A stretch of 64,000 bases of DNA from an uncultured Halobellus sp. (lineage in GTDB: Archaea > Halobacteriota > Halobacteria > Halobacteriales > Haloferacaceae), in assembly GCA_964541645.1 (NCBI GenBank), contig CAZIQT010000002.1, forward strand, positions 7,096 to 71,095. Reading direction: 5' to 3'. The stretch's first letter is position 1. The number at the start of each line of letters is the position of its first letter. The notes under the pieces are model-generated. The model saw only the letters and a program-made list of their open reading frames with translations, did not search any database and was not told the origin of the DNA. A program made the position numbers and the translations under genes. Below, one piece after another: positions 1 through 8,998 of the stretch.

Positions 1-260
1 CCGGCCGCGACCGCGTCGTGGATCCCAGCGACCTTGGTCCGCGTCCGGTCGCCGCCGAGGGGGTAGCCCAGCGCCGTGCAGACGCTCACGTCGGACTCCG
101 CCAGGGTCTCGGCCGCGAGCGGCACCCAACACGGCTGGACCATCGCGCCGTCGAACCCGTGGGTGAGACACTCCGAGAGCACCTGCTCGATCCGGGCGCG
201 GTCCGCGGTCGCGCTCACCTCCGTGTGCTGTACGTAGCCTGCGAGGTCGGCTGCGGTCAT
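1..260 (-). CDS. deoC: Deoxyribose-phosphate aldolase (DeoC-family class I aldolase), N-terminal part; runs off the left edge
   Basis: Not in the ORF track. Manual translation from ATG at 260 gives MTAADLAGYVQHTEV...GFDGAMVQPCWVP...VCTALGYPLGGDRTRTKVAGIHDAVAAG, which fits the DeoC pattern (xDHT...F..V.V.P..V...V.GFPLG...K). Confidence 0.7.
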   Translation of the reverse strand, partial: MTAADLAGYVQHTEVSATADRARIEQVLSECLTHGFDGAMVQPCWVPLAAETLAESDVSVCTALGYPLGGDRTRTKVAGIHDAVAA

Positions 261-809
261 CGTCCCCGTTCACGCCGCCCCGGATAAAAACGCCGGGGGT
301 CGACCGCCGATCGGTAGGGAGTGGCTATTCGTCTGATGGTACGTTGTCGGACCTGTTTCGGCAGCTCCAACGACAGACGGTATATAGGCCATTTCAGTCC
401 CCGAACACGGCTACTCTATTCTCCAAAGTTGTCCTATCGTTTCGATAGGATACTCATATATTCGATATTTAGACGGAACCGACGGCTCTCTCGGCCCTGG
501 ACGGCCGCCGTGGTCGATCGCGGCCCTCGGTGCGCCCGCCGTCACCACGGCGTGACGACCGACTCGATCAGGGCGTCGCAGGCGGGACACCGCGCCGCCG
601 GGTCGTCCGGCGTTCCTCGGGGATCACGCTGCGGATCTCCGATCCGCAGGCCGGGCAGACGACCGCGTCGTGCCCGGCGTGCGGACGGGGTCGCCGTTCG
701 GCTGTCGGGTGCAACACGGGTTGGCGACCGGGGTTCGAACACATACCTGTTGGGTGGAACGCCGGCGGCCGGTGGGAGAGATTAAGTACGGACCGGATCA
801 GGATCAGGT

Positions 810-1892
810 ATGGACATCGAGCGTCTCATCGGTAGCCAGTGCCGTCGCGACTGGGAGCGCACGGACCCCGACGACGTCGCGACGGTCCGAGTCGCCGCGG
901 TCGGACTGGGGTGGTTCACCCGCGGCCGGGCGCTGCCTGCCCTCGCCGACAGCGATCGGTGTGAGCCCACGGTACTGGTGAGCGGATCGCCCGGGAAGGC
1001 CGAGCGCGTCGCCGCGGAGTTCGACGCCGTCGAGCGCACGCTGACCTACGAGGAGTACGCCGACGGCGTCGGCGCCGACGCGTACGACGCGGTGTACGTC
1101 TGTACGCCCAACGCGTTCCACCTGGATCACGCCCGGGCCGCCGCCGCCCACGGCAAGGCGGTCCTGTGCGAAAAGCCGATCGAGCGCGACTCCGAGCGGG
1201 CCAGGGAGCTCGTGGCCGCCTGCGACGACGCGGGCGTGGAACTGATGATCGCCTACCGGATGCACACCGAGCCCACGGTCCGCCGGGCGCGGGAGGCCAT
1301 CGACGCCGGATACGTCGGCGACCCCGTGGCGGTCCGCGGCGACATGTCCCAGCGGCTGCTGGAGCGGGTCGACCCCGACCCCGACCAGTGGCGGCTGGAC
1401 GCCGACCTGGCGGGCGGTGGCGCGCTGTTCGACATCGGGCTCTATCCGCTGAACACCGCGCGGTTCCTGCTCGACGCCGACCCGGTGGCGGTCACGGGGT
1501 CGGTCGGGAGTACCCACGACGCCTTCGACGGGGTCGAGGAGACGGTGGCGTGCTCGATGCGGTTCCCCGACGGCGTCACCGCGGCGTGTTTCGCCAGCCA
1601 CAACGCCCGGCAGGCCAGCAGCATCACCGTCACCGGAACAGAGGGCCAGGTGCGGATCGAGCCGGCGTTCTTCCAGGACCAAGCGCGGCGGCTCCACCTC
1701 TCCCGCGGCGACAGCCGGGCGGAGATCGAGGTCGACCGCGTCGACCAGATGCGCGAGGAGTTCGACTACTTCGCCGACCGGCTCCGGAGCGGCGCGGCGA
1801 TCCACCCCGACGGCCGACACGGCGTCGTCGACGTCGAGGTGATGGAAGCCGTCTACGAGGCCGCCGACCGCGACGCCTGGGTCGAGGTGTGA
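810..1892 (+). CDS. Gfo/Idh/MocA sugar dehydrogenase, similar to haloarchaeal D-xylose 1-dehydrogenase type
   Basis: GLGWF Rossmann start, YVCTPNAFH, VLCEKP, GGGALFDIGLYP; TATA-like ATTAAGTA at 781-788. Confidence 0.85.
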   Translation: MDIERLIGSQCRRDWERTDPDDVATVRVAAVGLGWFTRGRALPALADSDRCEPTVLVSGSPGKAERVAAEFDAVERTLTYEEYADGVGADAYDAVYVCTPNAFHLDHARAAAAHGKAVLCEKPIERDSERARELVAACDDAGVELMIAYRMHTEPTVRRAREAIDAGYVGDPVAVRGDMSQRLLERVDPDPDQWRLDADLAGGGALFDIGLYPLNTARFLLDADPVAVTGSVGSTHDAFDGVEETVACSMRFPDGVTAACFASHNARQASSITVTGTEGQVRIEPAFFQDQARRLHLSRGDSRAEIEVDRVDQMREEFDYFADRLRSGAAIHPDGRHGVVDVEVMEAVYEAADRDAWVEV

Positions 1893-1928
1893 GGCGAGCC
1901 GGCCCCGGCCCGCCGGCCCGTCGACCGC

Positions 1929-3407
1929 CTACGCGTCGGTGAACCCGTCGTGGAACCCGACGAGCTTCTCCCGGGAGAAGTGTTCGGCGGCGTATTTGAT
2001 CCCCTCCTTTCCGACGCCGCTGTCCTTGAACCCGCCGTAGGGCATGTGATCCGCGCGGAACCCGCTGACCGTATTGACGTTGACGCCGCCGGCGTCGATG
2101 TCGTCGGCCGCCCGCCGCGCGCGGTCGATGTCCTGGGTGAAGATGCCGGCTTCGAGCCCGTAGTTGGTGTTGTTGGCCTCCGCGATGGCCTCGTCGAAGT
2201 CGCTCACGCTCAGGATCGGGACCAGCGGCCCGAACGTCTCCTCCTTCGCGGCGGGCATCTCGGGCGTGACGTTCGACAGCACCGTCGGCTCGAACACCCG
2301 AGCGCCGAGGTCGCCGCCGTAGTTCCCGCCGGTCTCGACGGTCGCGCCGGCGTCGACCGACGCCTCGTACATGTCGACGACGGTCTCGAACTGCTCGTCG
2401 TCCACCATGGACGCGACGTCCGTCGACTCCTCGAACGGGTCGCCGACCGACAGCGCCTCCACGGCGTCGACCGCGGCGTCGACGAACTCCGCCTCGATCG
2501 TGTCGTGGACGATGACCCGCTCGACGCTGTTACACACCTGCCCGGCGTTGGAACACGCGCCGCCGACCACCGCTTCCGCCGCCTTCTCGATGTCGGTGTC
2601 GTCCCACACGATCGTGGGGTCGTTGCCGCCGAGTTCGAGCGTGAGTTCGGTCATGCCGCTGTTGTTCGCGAGGTACTTACCGACCGGGGTGCTCCCGGTG
2701 AACGAGATGGCCTCCACCGCGTCGTGTTCCAGAACGGCGTCGCCGACCGTCGACCCGCTGCCGGTGACGAGGTTCACCAGCCCGTCGGGGGCGCCGACCG
2801 CCTCGGCGGCCTCCTGGAGGTACTCGAAGAGCAGCACCGAAACCAGCGGCGTGTTCGAGGCGGGCTTGCCGACGACCGCGTTGCCCGCCGCCAGCGCGGG
2901 GCCGACCTTGTGCGCCATCAGGTTGATCGGGAAGTTGAACGGCGTGATCGCGGCGACGACGCCCAACGGCTCCCGTTGGGTGAAACAGTGGTCGCGGGTG
3001 AACCCCTTCTGGGCGTCCATCGGGACGTACTCGCCGAACATCCGTTTGGACTGCTCGGCCGACAGCTGGAGGGTCTGGACCGCGCGGTCGACCTCGCCGC
3101 GGGCCTCGGTGATCGGCTTCCCCTGTTCGCTCGTCAGGACCGTCGCCACGTGGTCGGCGTTCGCGTCGAGTTTCTCGGCGGTCGCCTCGAGCAGTTCGTA
3201 CCGCTCGTACGCCGACAGCGTCGACGCCTCCCGTGCGCGCTCTGCGGCGTCGATCGCCGACCGAACCTGGTCCGCGGTCGCGAGCGGGACGGAGCCGACC
3301 CGGCTCCCGTCGTAGGGGTGGATCACGTCAACCCGGCCGTCGCCGTCGACCCACTCGCCGTCGATCAACATCCGCTTGTCGAGACGCGTCACTGCGTTCT
3401 GGCTCAT
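1929..3407 (-). CDS. NAD(P)-dependent aldehyde dehydrogenase (lactaldehyde-DH-like subgroup)
   Basis: Start trimmed to MSQNAVTRL (ATG at 3407). Motifs ITPFNFP, SFTGST, LELGGND, catalytic Cys in AGQVCNS, EETFGP, MPYGGFKDSG. Confidence 0.9.
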   Translation of the reverse strand: MSQNAVTRLDKRMLIDGEWVDGDGRVDVIHPYDGSRVGSVPLATADQVRSAIDAAERAREASTLSAYERYELLEATAEKLDANADHVATVLTSEQGKPITEARGEVDRAVQTLQLSAEQSKRMFGEYVPMDAQKGFTRDHCFTQREPLGVVAAITPFNFPINLMAHKVGPALAAGNAVVGKPASNTPLVSVLLFEYLQEAAEAVGAPDGLVNLVTGSGSTVGDAVLEHDAVEAISFTGSTPVGKYLANNSGMTELTLELGGNDPTIVWDDTDIEKAAEAVVGGACSNAGQVCNSVERVIVHDTIEAEFVDAAVDAVEALSVGDPFEESTDVASMVDDEQFETVVDMYEASVDAGATVETGGNYGGDLGARVFEPTVLSNVTPEMPAAKEETFGPLVPILSVSDFDEAIAEANNTNYGLEAGIFTQDIDRARRAADDIDAGGVNVNTVSGFRADHMPYGGFKDSGVGKEGIKYAAEHFSREKLVGFHDGFTDA

Positions 3408-3429
3408 ACCACGCCAGTCGGTCCACGGC

Positions 3430-3480
3430 AGTATTAAGTTTGGCCTCCGGCCCGCGGCGCGTCCCGAAGGTATAAAACTA
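3430..3480. promoter_or_regulatory. Divergent archaeal promoter region (two TATA-like boxes) between the ALDH and aldolase genes
   Basis: TATTAAGT at 3432-3439 (serves the minus-strand gene) and TATAAAA at 3471-3477, each ~25-30 nt from an ATG, consistent with leaderless transcripts. Confidence 0.55.
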
Positions 3481-3500
3481 CGGTCGACGAGGCATACGGT

Positions 3501-4406
3501 ATGGATATCTCGGGCACGATCGTCCCGATGGCGACGCCTATCGCCGACGAGGGGGTCGACGAGGCGGCGCTCGCGGAGTTCACGCGGTCGCTCGTCGACG
3601 CGGGGGTTCACGGGCTGTTTCCGGGGAGTTCGATCGGGGAGTTCCCCAGCCTCACCGCCGAGCAGCACCGCACGCTCGTCGGGACGGTCGTCGAGGCGGC
3701 CGACGACGACGTCACCGTGATCGCGGGGTGCTGTGCGACGAGCGTCGGCGACGTCCGTGCGCGGATCTCGACGGCGGCGACGCTCGGCGCCGACGCCGCG
3801 GTCGTGGTGACGCCGTACTACCTCTCGACCACGCAGGCCGGGCTGCGGCGGTTCTTCGAACGGGTCGCGGCCGACGCCCCGCTGGAGCTGCTGCTCTACA
3901 ACATCCCGGCGCTCACCGGGAACGCGCTCACCGTCGACACCGTCGCCCACCTCGCCGACCTCGACGCCGTCGTCGGGTTGAAGGACACCTCCGGCGACCT
4001 GGGCTACCAGTACCGGGTCGTCGAGGAGACCCCCCCGGAGTTCGTGGTGTTTCAGGGGTCGACCGACATCGCCGGGGCGGCGCTGAACCTCGGCGCCGAC
4101 GGCCTGATCGCCGGGCCGGCGAACGTCTTCCCCGACGAGCTCGCGGCGCTGTACGACGCCCACGCCAGCGGCGACGCCGCCGCCGTGAACCGGCTGCTCC
4201 GGGAGGTGGTCGTCCCGCTCGTCAGCGCCTACGACGACGTCCCCACCGCGGCCGCGGTGAAGTATCTCGTCCGGCGAGACGGCCTCGACATCGGCGACCC
4301 GCTTCCGCCCATCGCGCCGGTGTCGCCGGCGACCGAGGAACGGTTGGACGCCGCCTACCGCGCGGTCGTCGGCCGGGCGCCGCAGTCGCAGTCGCAGTCG
4401 CAGTGA
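3501..4406 (+). CDS. DHDPS/NAL-family class I aldolase (2-keto-3-deoxy sugar-acid aldolase-like)
   Basis: GSSIGEF (atypical form of GxxGE), VTPYY, LYNIP catalytic Tyr, GLKDTSG Schiff-base Lys. Confidence 0.85.
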   Translation: MDISGTIVPMATPIADEGVDEAALAEFTRSLVDAGVHGLFPGSSIGEFPSLTAEQHRTLVGTVVEAADDDVTVIAGCCATSVGDVRARISTAATLGADAAVVVTPYYLSTTQAGLRRFFERVAADAPLELLLYNIPALTGNALTVDTVAHLADLDAVVGLKDTSGDLGYQYRVVEETPPEFVVFQGSTDIAGAALNLGADGLIAGPANVFPDELAALYDAHASGDAAAVNRLLREVVVPLVSAYDDVPTAAAVKYLVRRDGLDIGDPLPPIAPVSPATEERLDAAYRAVVGRAPQSQSQSQ

Positions 4407-4490
4407 ACGTCGACGCCGGAACGACCAGTTCCCGACCCGCGACGGCCGGGGCGCGCGTCTGACCCGGACGGGAACCCGCCGGACGAACGG

Positions 4491-5420
4491 TTACGCCTTC
4501 CCGACGCCGGAGGTCATCCCCTCGACGATCTTCTGCTGGAAGAAGAACATGAACACCAGAAGCGGGATCAACGAGAGGAACACCGCGGCGGTGATGGTGC
4601 CCCACGGCGTCGAGAACTGGTTGCCGAACAGCGCGATCCCGACGGTGATGGTCCGCTTCGAGTCCTCGGTCATGAACGTGAGCGCGAACAGGAACTCGTT
4701 CCACGCGTAGATGAACACGATGATCGCGGCCGTCGCCATCGCCGGCATCGACACCGGGAGGATGATCCGGAACAGCACGCCGATCCGCGAGAGGCCGTCC
4801 ATGAGCCCCGCCTCCTCCAGGGAGTCGGGGAGTTCCTTGAAGTACGCCTGGAAGATCCAGACCGCGAAGGGGAGCTGGAACGCCGCGTACGGGAGGATGA
4901 GCCCGAGGTAGGTGTTCAGCCCCAAGAACCCGCCGACGGGCGTGCTCCCCAGCTGGATCGCCAGCTTGTACAGCGGGATCAGCCGGGAGATGAACGGCAG
5001 CAGCGCCGCGAACAGGATCAGGAGCAGAACCGGTAGCTTGTACCGGAAGTTCAGCCGCGACAGCGAGTAGCCCGCGAGCGCCCCGAGCACGACATCCAGG
5101 ATCGCGGTGCCCGAGGCGACGATGAAGCTGTTGATGAGGTACTGTCCCACCGGGCGCTGGGAGAGCGCTGTCCGGTAGTTCTCCAGGGTGAGCGGATACT
5201 GCTGGACGATCGAGATCCCGCCGTCGAACGAGATCGTGTACGGGAGATACTCGATCGGGAACACGAACAGCTCCCCCGAGGGTTTCAGGGAGCTGATCAG
5301 GATCCAGAACACCGGGAACATCGAGACGAACACCACCGCGAGGATCGACCCGAAGTAGCCGAACCGCTTGCCGACCTCCCAGAACGCGACGTCCTCGAGG
5401 GTGATGTCGCGGACGCTCAT
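4491..5420 (-). CDS. Carbohydrate ABC transporter permease (MalG-like)
   Basis: Multiple TM segments; EAA loop LEEAGLMDGLSRIG; YAWNEFLFAL. Confidence 0.92.
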   Translation of the reverse strand: MSVRDITLEDVAFWEVGKRFGYFGSILAVVFVSMFPVFWILISSLKPSGELFVFPIEYLPYTISFDGGISIVQQYPLTLENYRTALSQRPVGQYLINSFIVASGTAILDVVLGALAGYSLSRLNFRYKLPVLLLILFAALLPFISRLIPLYKLAIQLGSTPVGGFLGLNTYLGLILPYAAFQLPFAVWIFQAYFKELPDSLEEAGLMDGLSRIGVLFRIILPVSMPAMATAAIIVFIYAWNEFLFALTFMTEDSKRTITVGIALFGNQFSTPWGTITAAVFLSLIPLLVFMFFFQQKIVEGMTSGVGKA

Positions 5421-5421
5421 C

Positions 5422-6417
5422 TCACCGCACCTCCGGCTCGTAGAGCGTCGTGACGTAGATCAGCGCGATCACCAGCGCGAGTAGCGTGATCAGCGTCGCC
5501 GCCGCCGACCCGATCGCGAACCCGCCGTTGGTGGGGCCGGGGTTGTTGTACGCCGCCTGCTGGGCGAACAACACCAGGGTCTCGGTCGCCTCTCCCGGCC
5601 CGCCGCCGGTCAGCCCGAACGGCAGCCCGAACGCCTGAAACGCCGGCAGCGTCCGGAAGATCAGCGCGACCAGGATGGTGGGTTTCAGTAACGGCAGGGT
5701 GATGTCGCGGAACTGCCGCCATCGCGAGGCGCCGTCAATCCGGGCGGCCTCGTAGAGCTGATCCGGGATGCTCGACAGCCCCGCCAGCAGAATCAACGCC
5801 ATGAACGACGTGGTCTTCCAGATGGTGATTCCGGTCATCGTGTACAGCGCGATGTCGGGCTTCGAGAGGAACGGGAACGGCTGTGCCAGGAGCCCCGCTC
5901 GGACGAGGATGTCGCTGATGACGCCGAAGTCGGGGTGGAGCATCCACGCCCACACCTTGGCGTTGATCACCGTCGGCAGCGCCCACGGGAACAGGATCGC
6001 CGCCTGGGCGACGTACTTGTATTTGAACTCCTTCTGGAGCAGGAGCGCCAGTCCGAGCCCGAACACCAGCTCGATCGGGACGCTCACGAACGTGTAGAAC
6101 ATGCTCACGCCGAAGGCGTTCCAGAAGCTCGTCCCCCCGATGGGGAGCAGGATCCGCCGGTAGTTCTCGAGCCCCACGAACTCCCGCTGTTGGCCGGGGA
6201 GCTCGATGACGTACCCCGTGTGGAGGCTGGCCCAGATCGTGTCCAGGATCGGGTAGAACGACAGCCCCAAGAGGAAGAGCAGCACCGGCGTCAGGAGCAC
6301 GGTCGCCAGCTCCTCCTCGGTCAGTCTGAGCTCGCGGTACCGCCTGAGACGGGCGCGGACCCCCTCCTCACCGGGTCGCGCGATGGTGTCCTGTACGTTT
6401 GCGGTCGAGTCCGCCAT
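5422..6417 (-). CDS. Carbohydrate ABC transporter permease (MalF-like)
   Basis: FVGLENY, LYEAARIDGAS..QFRDITLP EAA loop. Confidence 0.92.
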   Translation of the reverse strand: MADSTANVQDTIARPGEEGVRARLRRYRELRLTEEELATVLLTPVLLFLLGLSFYPILDTIWASLHTGYVIELPGQQREFVGLENYRRILLPIGGTSFWNAFGVSMFYTFVSVPIELVFGLGLALLLQKEFKYKYVAQAAILFPWALPTVINAKVWAWMLHPDFGVISDILVRAGLLAQPFPFLSKPDIALYTMTGITIWKTTSFMALILLAGLSSIPDQLYEAARIDGASRWRQFRDITLPLLKPTILVALIFRTLPAFQAFGLPFGLTGGGPGEATETLVLFAQQAAYNNPGPTNGGFAIGSAAATLITLLALVIALIYVTTLYEPEVR

Positions 6418-6495
6418 TATCGGTGTGTGTTACGGTACGTCATCATAAATGTGCGTGGTCGGGGGCGAAACGGCCCGCGGGTGCGGTCGGCGCGG

Positions 6496-7881
6496 TCAGG
6501 CGTTGTTGATCTCGCTGTCGATCTCGGCTTGGGCGTCGTTGAGCGCCTGCTCCGGGGATTTGCTCTGCGTGAGCGCGCGGTTGCACTCGGTGTACACCAG
6601 GTTCGAGAACTGGGAGTACTGGGCGGTCGCCGGGCGGGCGCTGGTCTGCTGGAGGATCTCCGAGAAGATGTCCAGGTTTCCGGGCTTGTCGTAGTCGCTG
6701 TCCTCCCAGTAGCTGTCCTCGTAGAGCTCCTGGCGGACCGGCAGCCGGTTGTGTTCCCCGGAGAGGATCTCTTGGGCCTCGAGGGTCCCGATGTACTGGG
6801 CGAACTCCTGGGCCGCGGGGACGTTGTCGCTGAAGCTGTTGATGAACAGGCTCCACCCGCCCAGACAGGAGTTGTTGGCGTCGGGGTTGCCTTCGGCCTT
6901 CGGCATCGTCGTCACGTCGAAGTTGTCGGTGACGGGGGTGTCGTCCTGGAACAGGCCGTAGGCGTACGGCCAGTTGCGCATGAACATCGTCCCGCCCTGC
7001 TGGAACGTCTGGCGGTTCCCGTCGGTCCCGCTGGAGGGGATCGACTCGGGGGTGACCTCGTGTTCGTAGATCAGGTCGACCGCGTGCTGGAGCGCTCTGA
7101 TCCCCTCCTCGGAGTTGACGACCAGGTTGCCGTCGCCGTCGCGGATCGAGCCGCCGAAGCCCCACAGCCAGTTGAGCCACATGATCGTGAGCCCCTCGTT
7201 GGAGCCACCCTGCCAGATGTAGCCGTTCTCACACGCGTCGATCTGCTCTTTGGCCTCCTGGGCGATGTTGACGACCTCCATGTACGTCCGCGGCGGCTCG
7301 TCGTAGCCGAGCTCCTCGAGCCAGTCGCTCCGGTAGTAGAACCCGTTGGCGTCGGTGAACATCGGCATCCCGTAGGTGCTGCCGTCGAGGGTGATCGCCT
7401 CCACCGGCGTCGACAGCATGTCGTCCATGTGCCCGTCGGGGTCGGAGACCTCCGCGGCCCACCCGGCGCCGACGAACTCCGCCGGCCAGACGACGTCCAT
7501 CATCCCGACGTCGAAGCTGCCGGACTGGGCGGCGAACTGGTTGACGTAGTACTCCCGGGTGGAACTCGACTCCGCGGGCGTCCCCTGGGTGTTCAGGGTG
7601 GCGTCGCTCGCCGCGTTGAACGCCTCGGAGAAGTCCTGCGCCGAGGGCTCGAACGACGCGATGTGGACGAAGTTGAGCTCGCCGGAGGCGCCGCCGCCGT
7701 CCCCGCCGGAGTCGGTCGCGGTGTCGTCGCCGCTCCCGCCGGAGTCACCGCCGGAGTCGCCGTCGCCGCCCCCGCCCCCGCCGTCACCGCCGCCGGAACA
7801 GCCCGCCAGCGCGGCACCGCCGGCGACTGCGATTCCCTGCAGGATACGACGCCGTCTGATCGGCTTGTCATCCGCTGCCAT
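6496..7881 (-). CDS. Carbohydrate ABC transporter solute-binding lipoprotein
   Basis: Start MAADDKPIRRRR; Tat RR plus lipobox LAGC; Gly/Asp linker; DVVWPAEF, FMRNWPY and LGGW as in trehalose/maltose-type SBPs. Confidence 0.9.
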   Translation of the reverse strand: MAADDKPIRRRRILQGIAVAGGAALAGCSGGGDGGGGGGDGDSGGDSGGSGDDTATDSGGDGGGASGELNFVHIASFEPSAQDFSEAFNAASDATLNTQGTPAESSSTREYYVNQFAAQSGSFDVGMMDVVWPAEFVGAGWAAEVSDPDGHMDDMLSTPVEAITLDGSTYGMPMFTDANGFYYRSDWLEELGYDEPPRTYMEVVNIAQEAKEQIDACENGYIWQGGSNEGLTIMWLNWLWGFGGSIRDGDGNLVVNSEEGIRALQHAVDLIYEHEVTPESIPSSGTDGNRQTFQQGGTMFMRNWPYAYGLFQDDTPVTDNFDVTTMPKAEGNPDANNSCLGGWSLFINSFSDNVPAAQEFAQYIGTLEAQEILSGEHNRLPVRQELYEDSYWEDSDYDKPGNLDIFSEILQQTSARPATAQYSQFSNLVYTECNRALTQSKSPEQALNDAQAEIDSEINNA

Positions 7882-7996
7882 AGTAAACACATAGAAACAT
7901 CCATTATTTATAATTTGGCATCTCGGTCGTGTGGAACGCGAGCCGCACCGCGGTTCCGGGGCCGGTGACCCGGCGAGCCCGGGCCGGCGGGTCGGA

Positions 7997-8998
7997 CTAC
8001 GCCCCGTCGGCCATCGCCGAGACCTCGGCCCACACGTCGTCGTCGACGGTGACCGCTTCGGCGTCCGCGGCGGCCGTCGACGCCTCGCCGGGGAGTCGGA
8101 TCGAGTCGAACCCCGCCGCGGTGTCGCCGGCTTTCAGCTCCGCGACGAACCCATTCACCCGGTCGACGAAGCCGGGACCGCCGAGCGCCTCGGGGTCGAT
8201 CGCGAGGAACAGGTCCCCCTTCGTGCACGCGTCTTCGGTGTGGTAGGTCCCCGTCACGCCGGTCCCCATCGCCGCGCCGACGAGCCCGCCGGCGAGGATC
8301 TCGACCGCGATCGCGAGCCCGGAACCCTTCGCGCCGCCGAACGGCCTGATAACGCCGTTCAGCGCCGCCTCCGGGTCCGTGGTCGGGGTGCCGTCGGCGT
8401 CGAGCGCCACGCCCTGGGGGAGCGTCTCGCCGTTCTCGCGCGCCCGGAGCACGCTCCCGCGTGCGATGCTCGACGTCGACATGTCCAGGTTGAACGGGGG
8501 ATCCGACGGGATCCCGACCGCGATCGGGTTCGTCCCCAGGATCGGGTCGGCGCCGCCGTACGGCGGCATCGCGGGCTCGGTGTTCGTGACCGCGAGCCCG
8601 ACGTACCCCGCCCGCCGGACCACGTCGGTGTAGTAGCCGAGCATCCCGAGGTGGTTGGTTTCGTGGACCCCAACCGCGCCGATCCCGTAGTCGTCGGCGC
8701 GTGCGGTCGCCTCCCCGACCGCCTCCCGGGCCACGACTGGACCGAGCCGGGACCCGCCGGCGAGCGTCGCCGCCGCCCCGGCGTCGCGGACGACCTCGAT
8801 GTCGCCCTCTGGATCGACGTTGCCGTGGTCGATCCCGCGGACGAACCGGGGTAGCCGGAGGAGTCCGTGGGACTGCTTGTCGCGCGCGTCGGCGCTCACG
8901 AGCACCTCGGCGGTCGAAGCCGCGTCGGACGGGGTGATCCCGTGGGCCTCCAACGCCGCGGCCGCGGCGGCCTCGGCCCGCTCGCGTTCGACCCGCAT
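7997..8998 (-). CDS. LDH2/MDH2-family oxidoreductase (ComC/(R)-sulfolactate dehydrogenase-like candidate)
   Basis: Start MRVERER (ATG at 8998). SHGLLRLP, NHLGMLGYY, GTNPIAVG, LDMSTS and FGGAKGSGL are Ldh_2 family motifs. The substrate is inferred from context. Confidence 0.85.
   Translation of the reverse strand: MRVERERAEAAAAAALEAHGITPSDAASTAEVLVSADARDKQSHGLLRLPRFVRGIDHGNVDPEGDIEVVRDAGAAATLAGGSRLGPVVAREAVGEATARADDYGIGAVGVHETNHLGMLGYYTDVVRRAGYVGLAVTNTEPAMPPYGGADPILGTNPIAVGIPSDPPFNLDMSTSSIARGSVLRARENGETLPQGVALDADGTPTTDPEAALNGVIRPFGGAKGSGLAIAVEILAGGLVGAAMGTGVTGTYHTEDACTKGDLFLAIDPEALGGPGFVDRVNGFVAELKAGDTAAGFDSIRLPGEASTAAADAEAVTVDDDVWAEVSAMADGA

Noticed and set aside
7680..7800. GC-rich short repeats (also 33480-33570 and 46370-46490)
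   Set aside because: They encode Gly/Asp lipoprotein linkers and the UreE His tail; ordinary low-complexity coding sequence.
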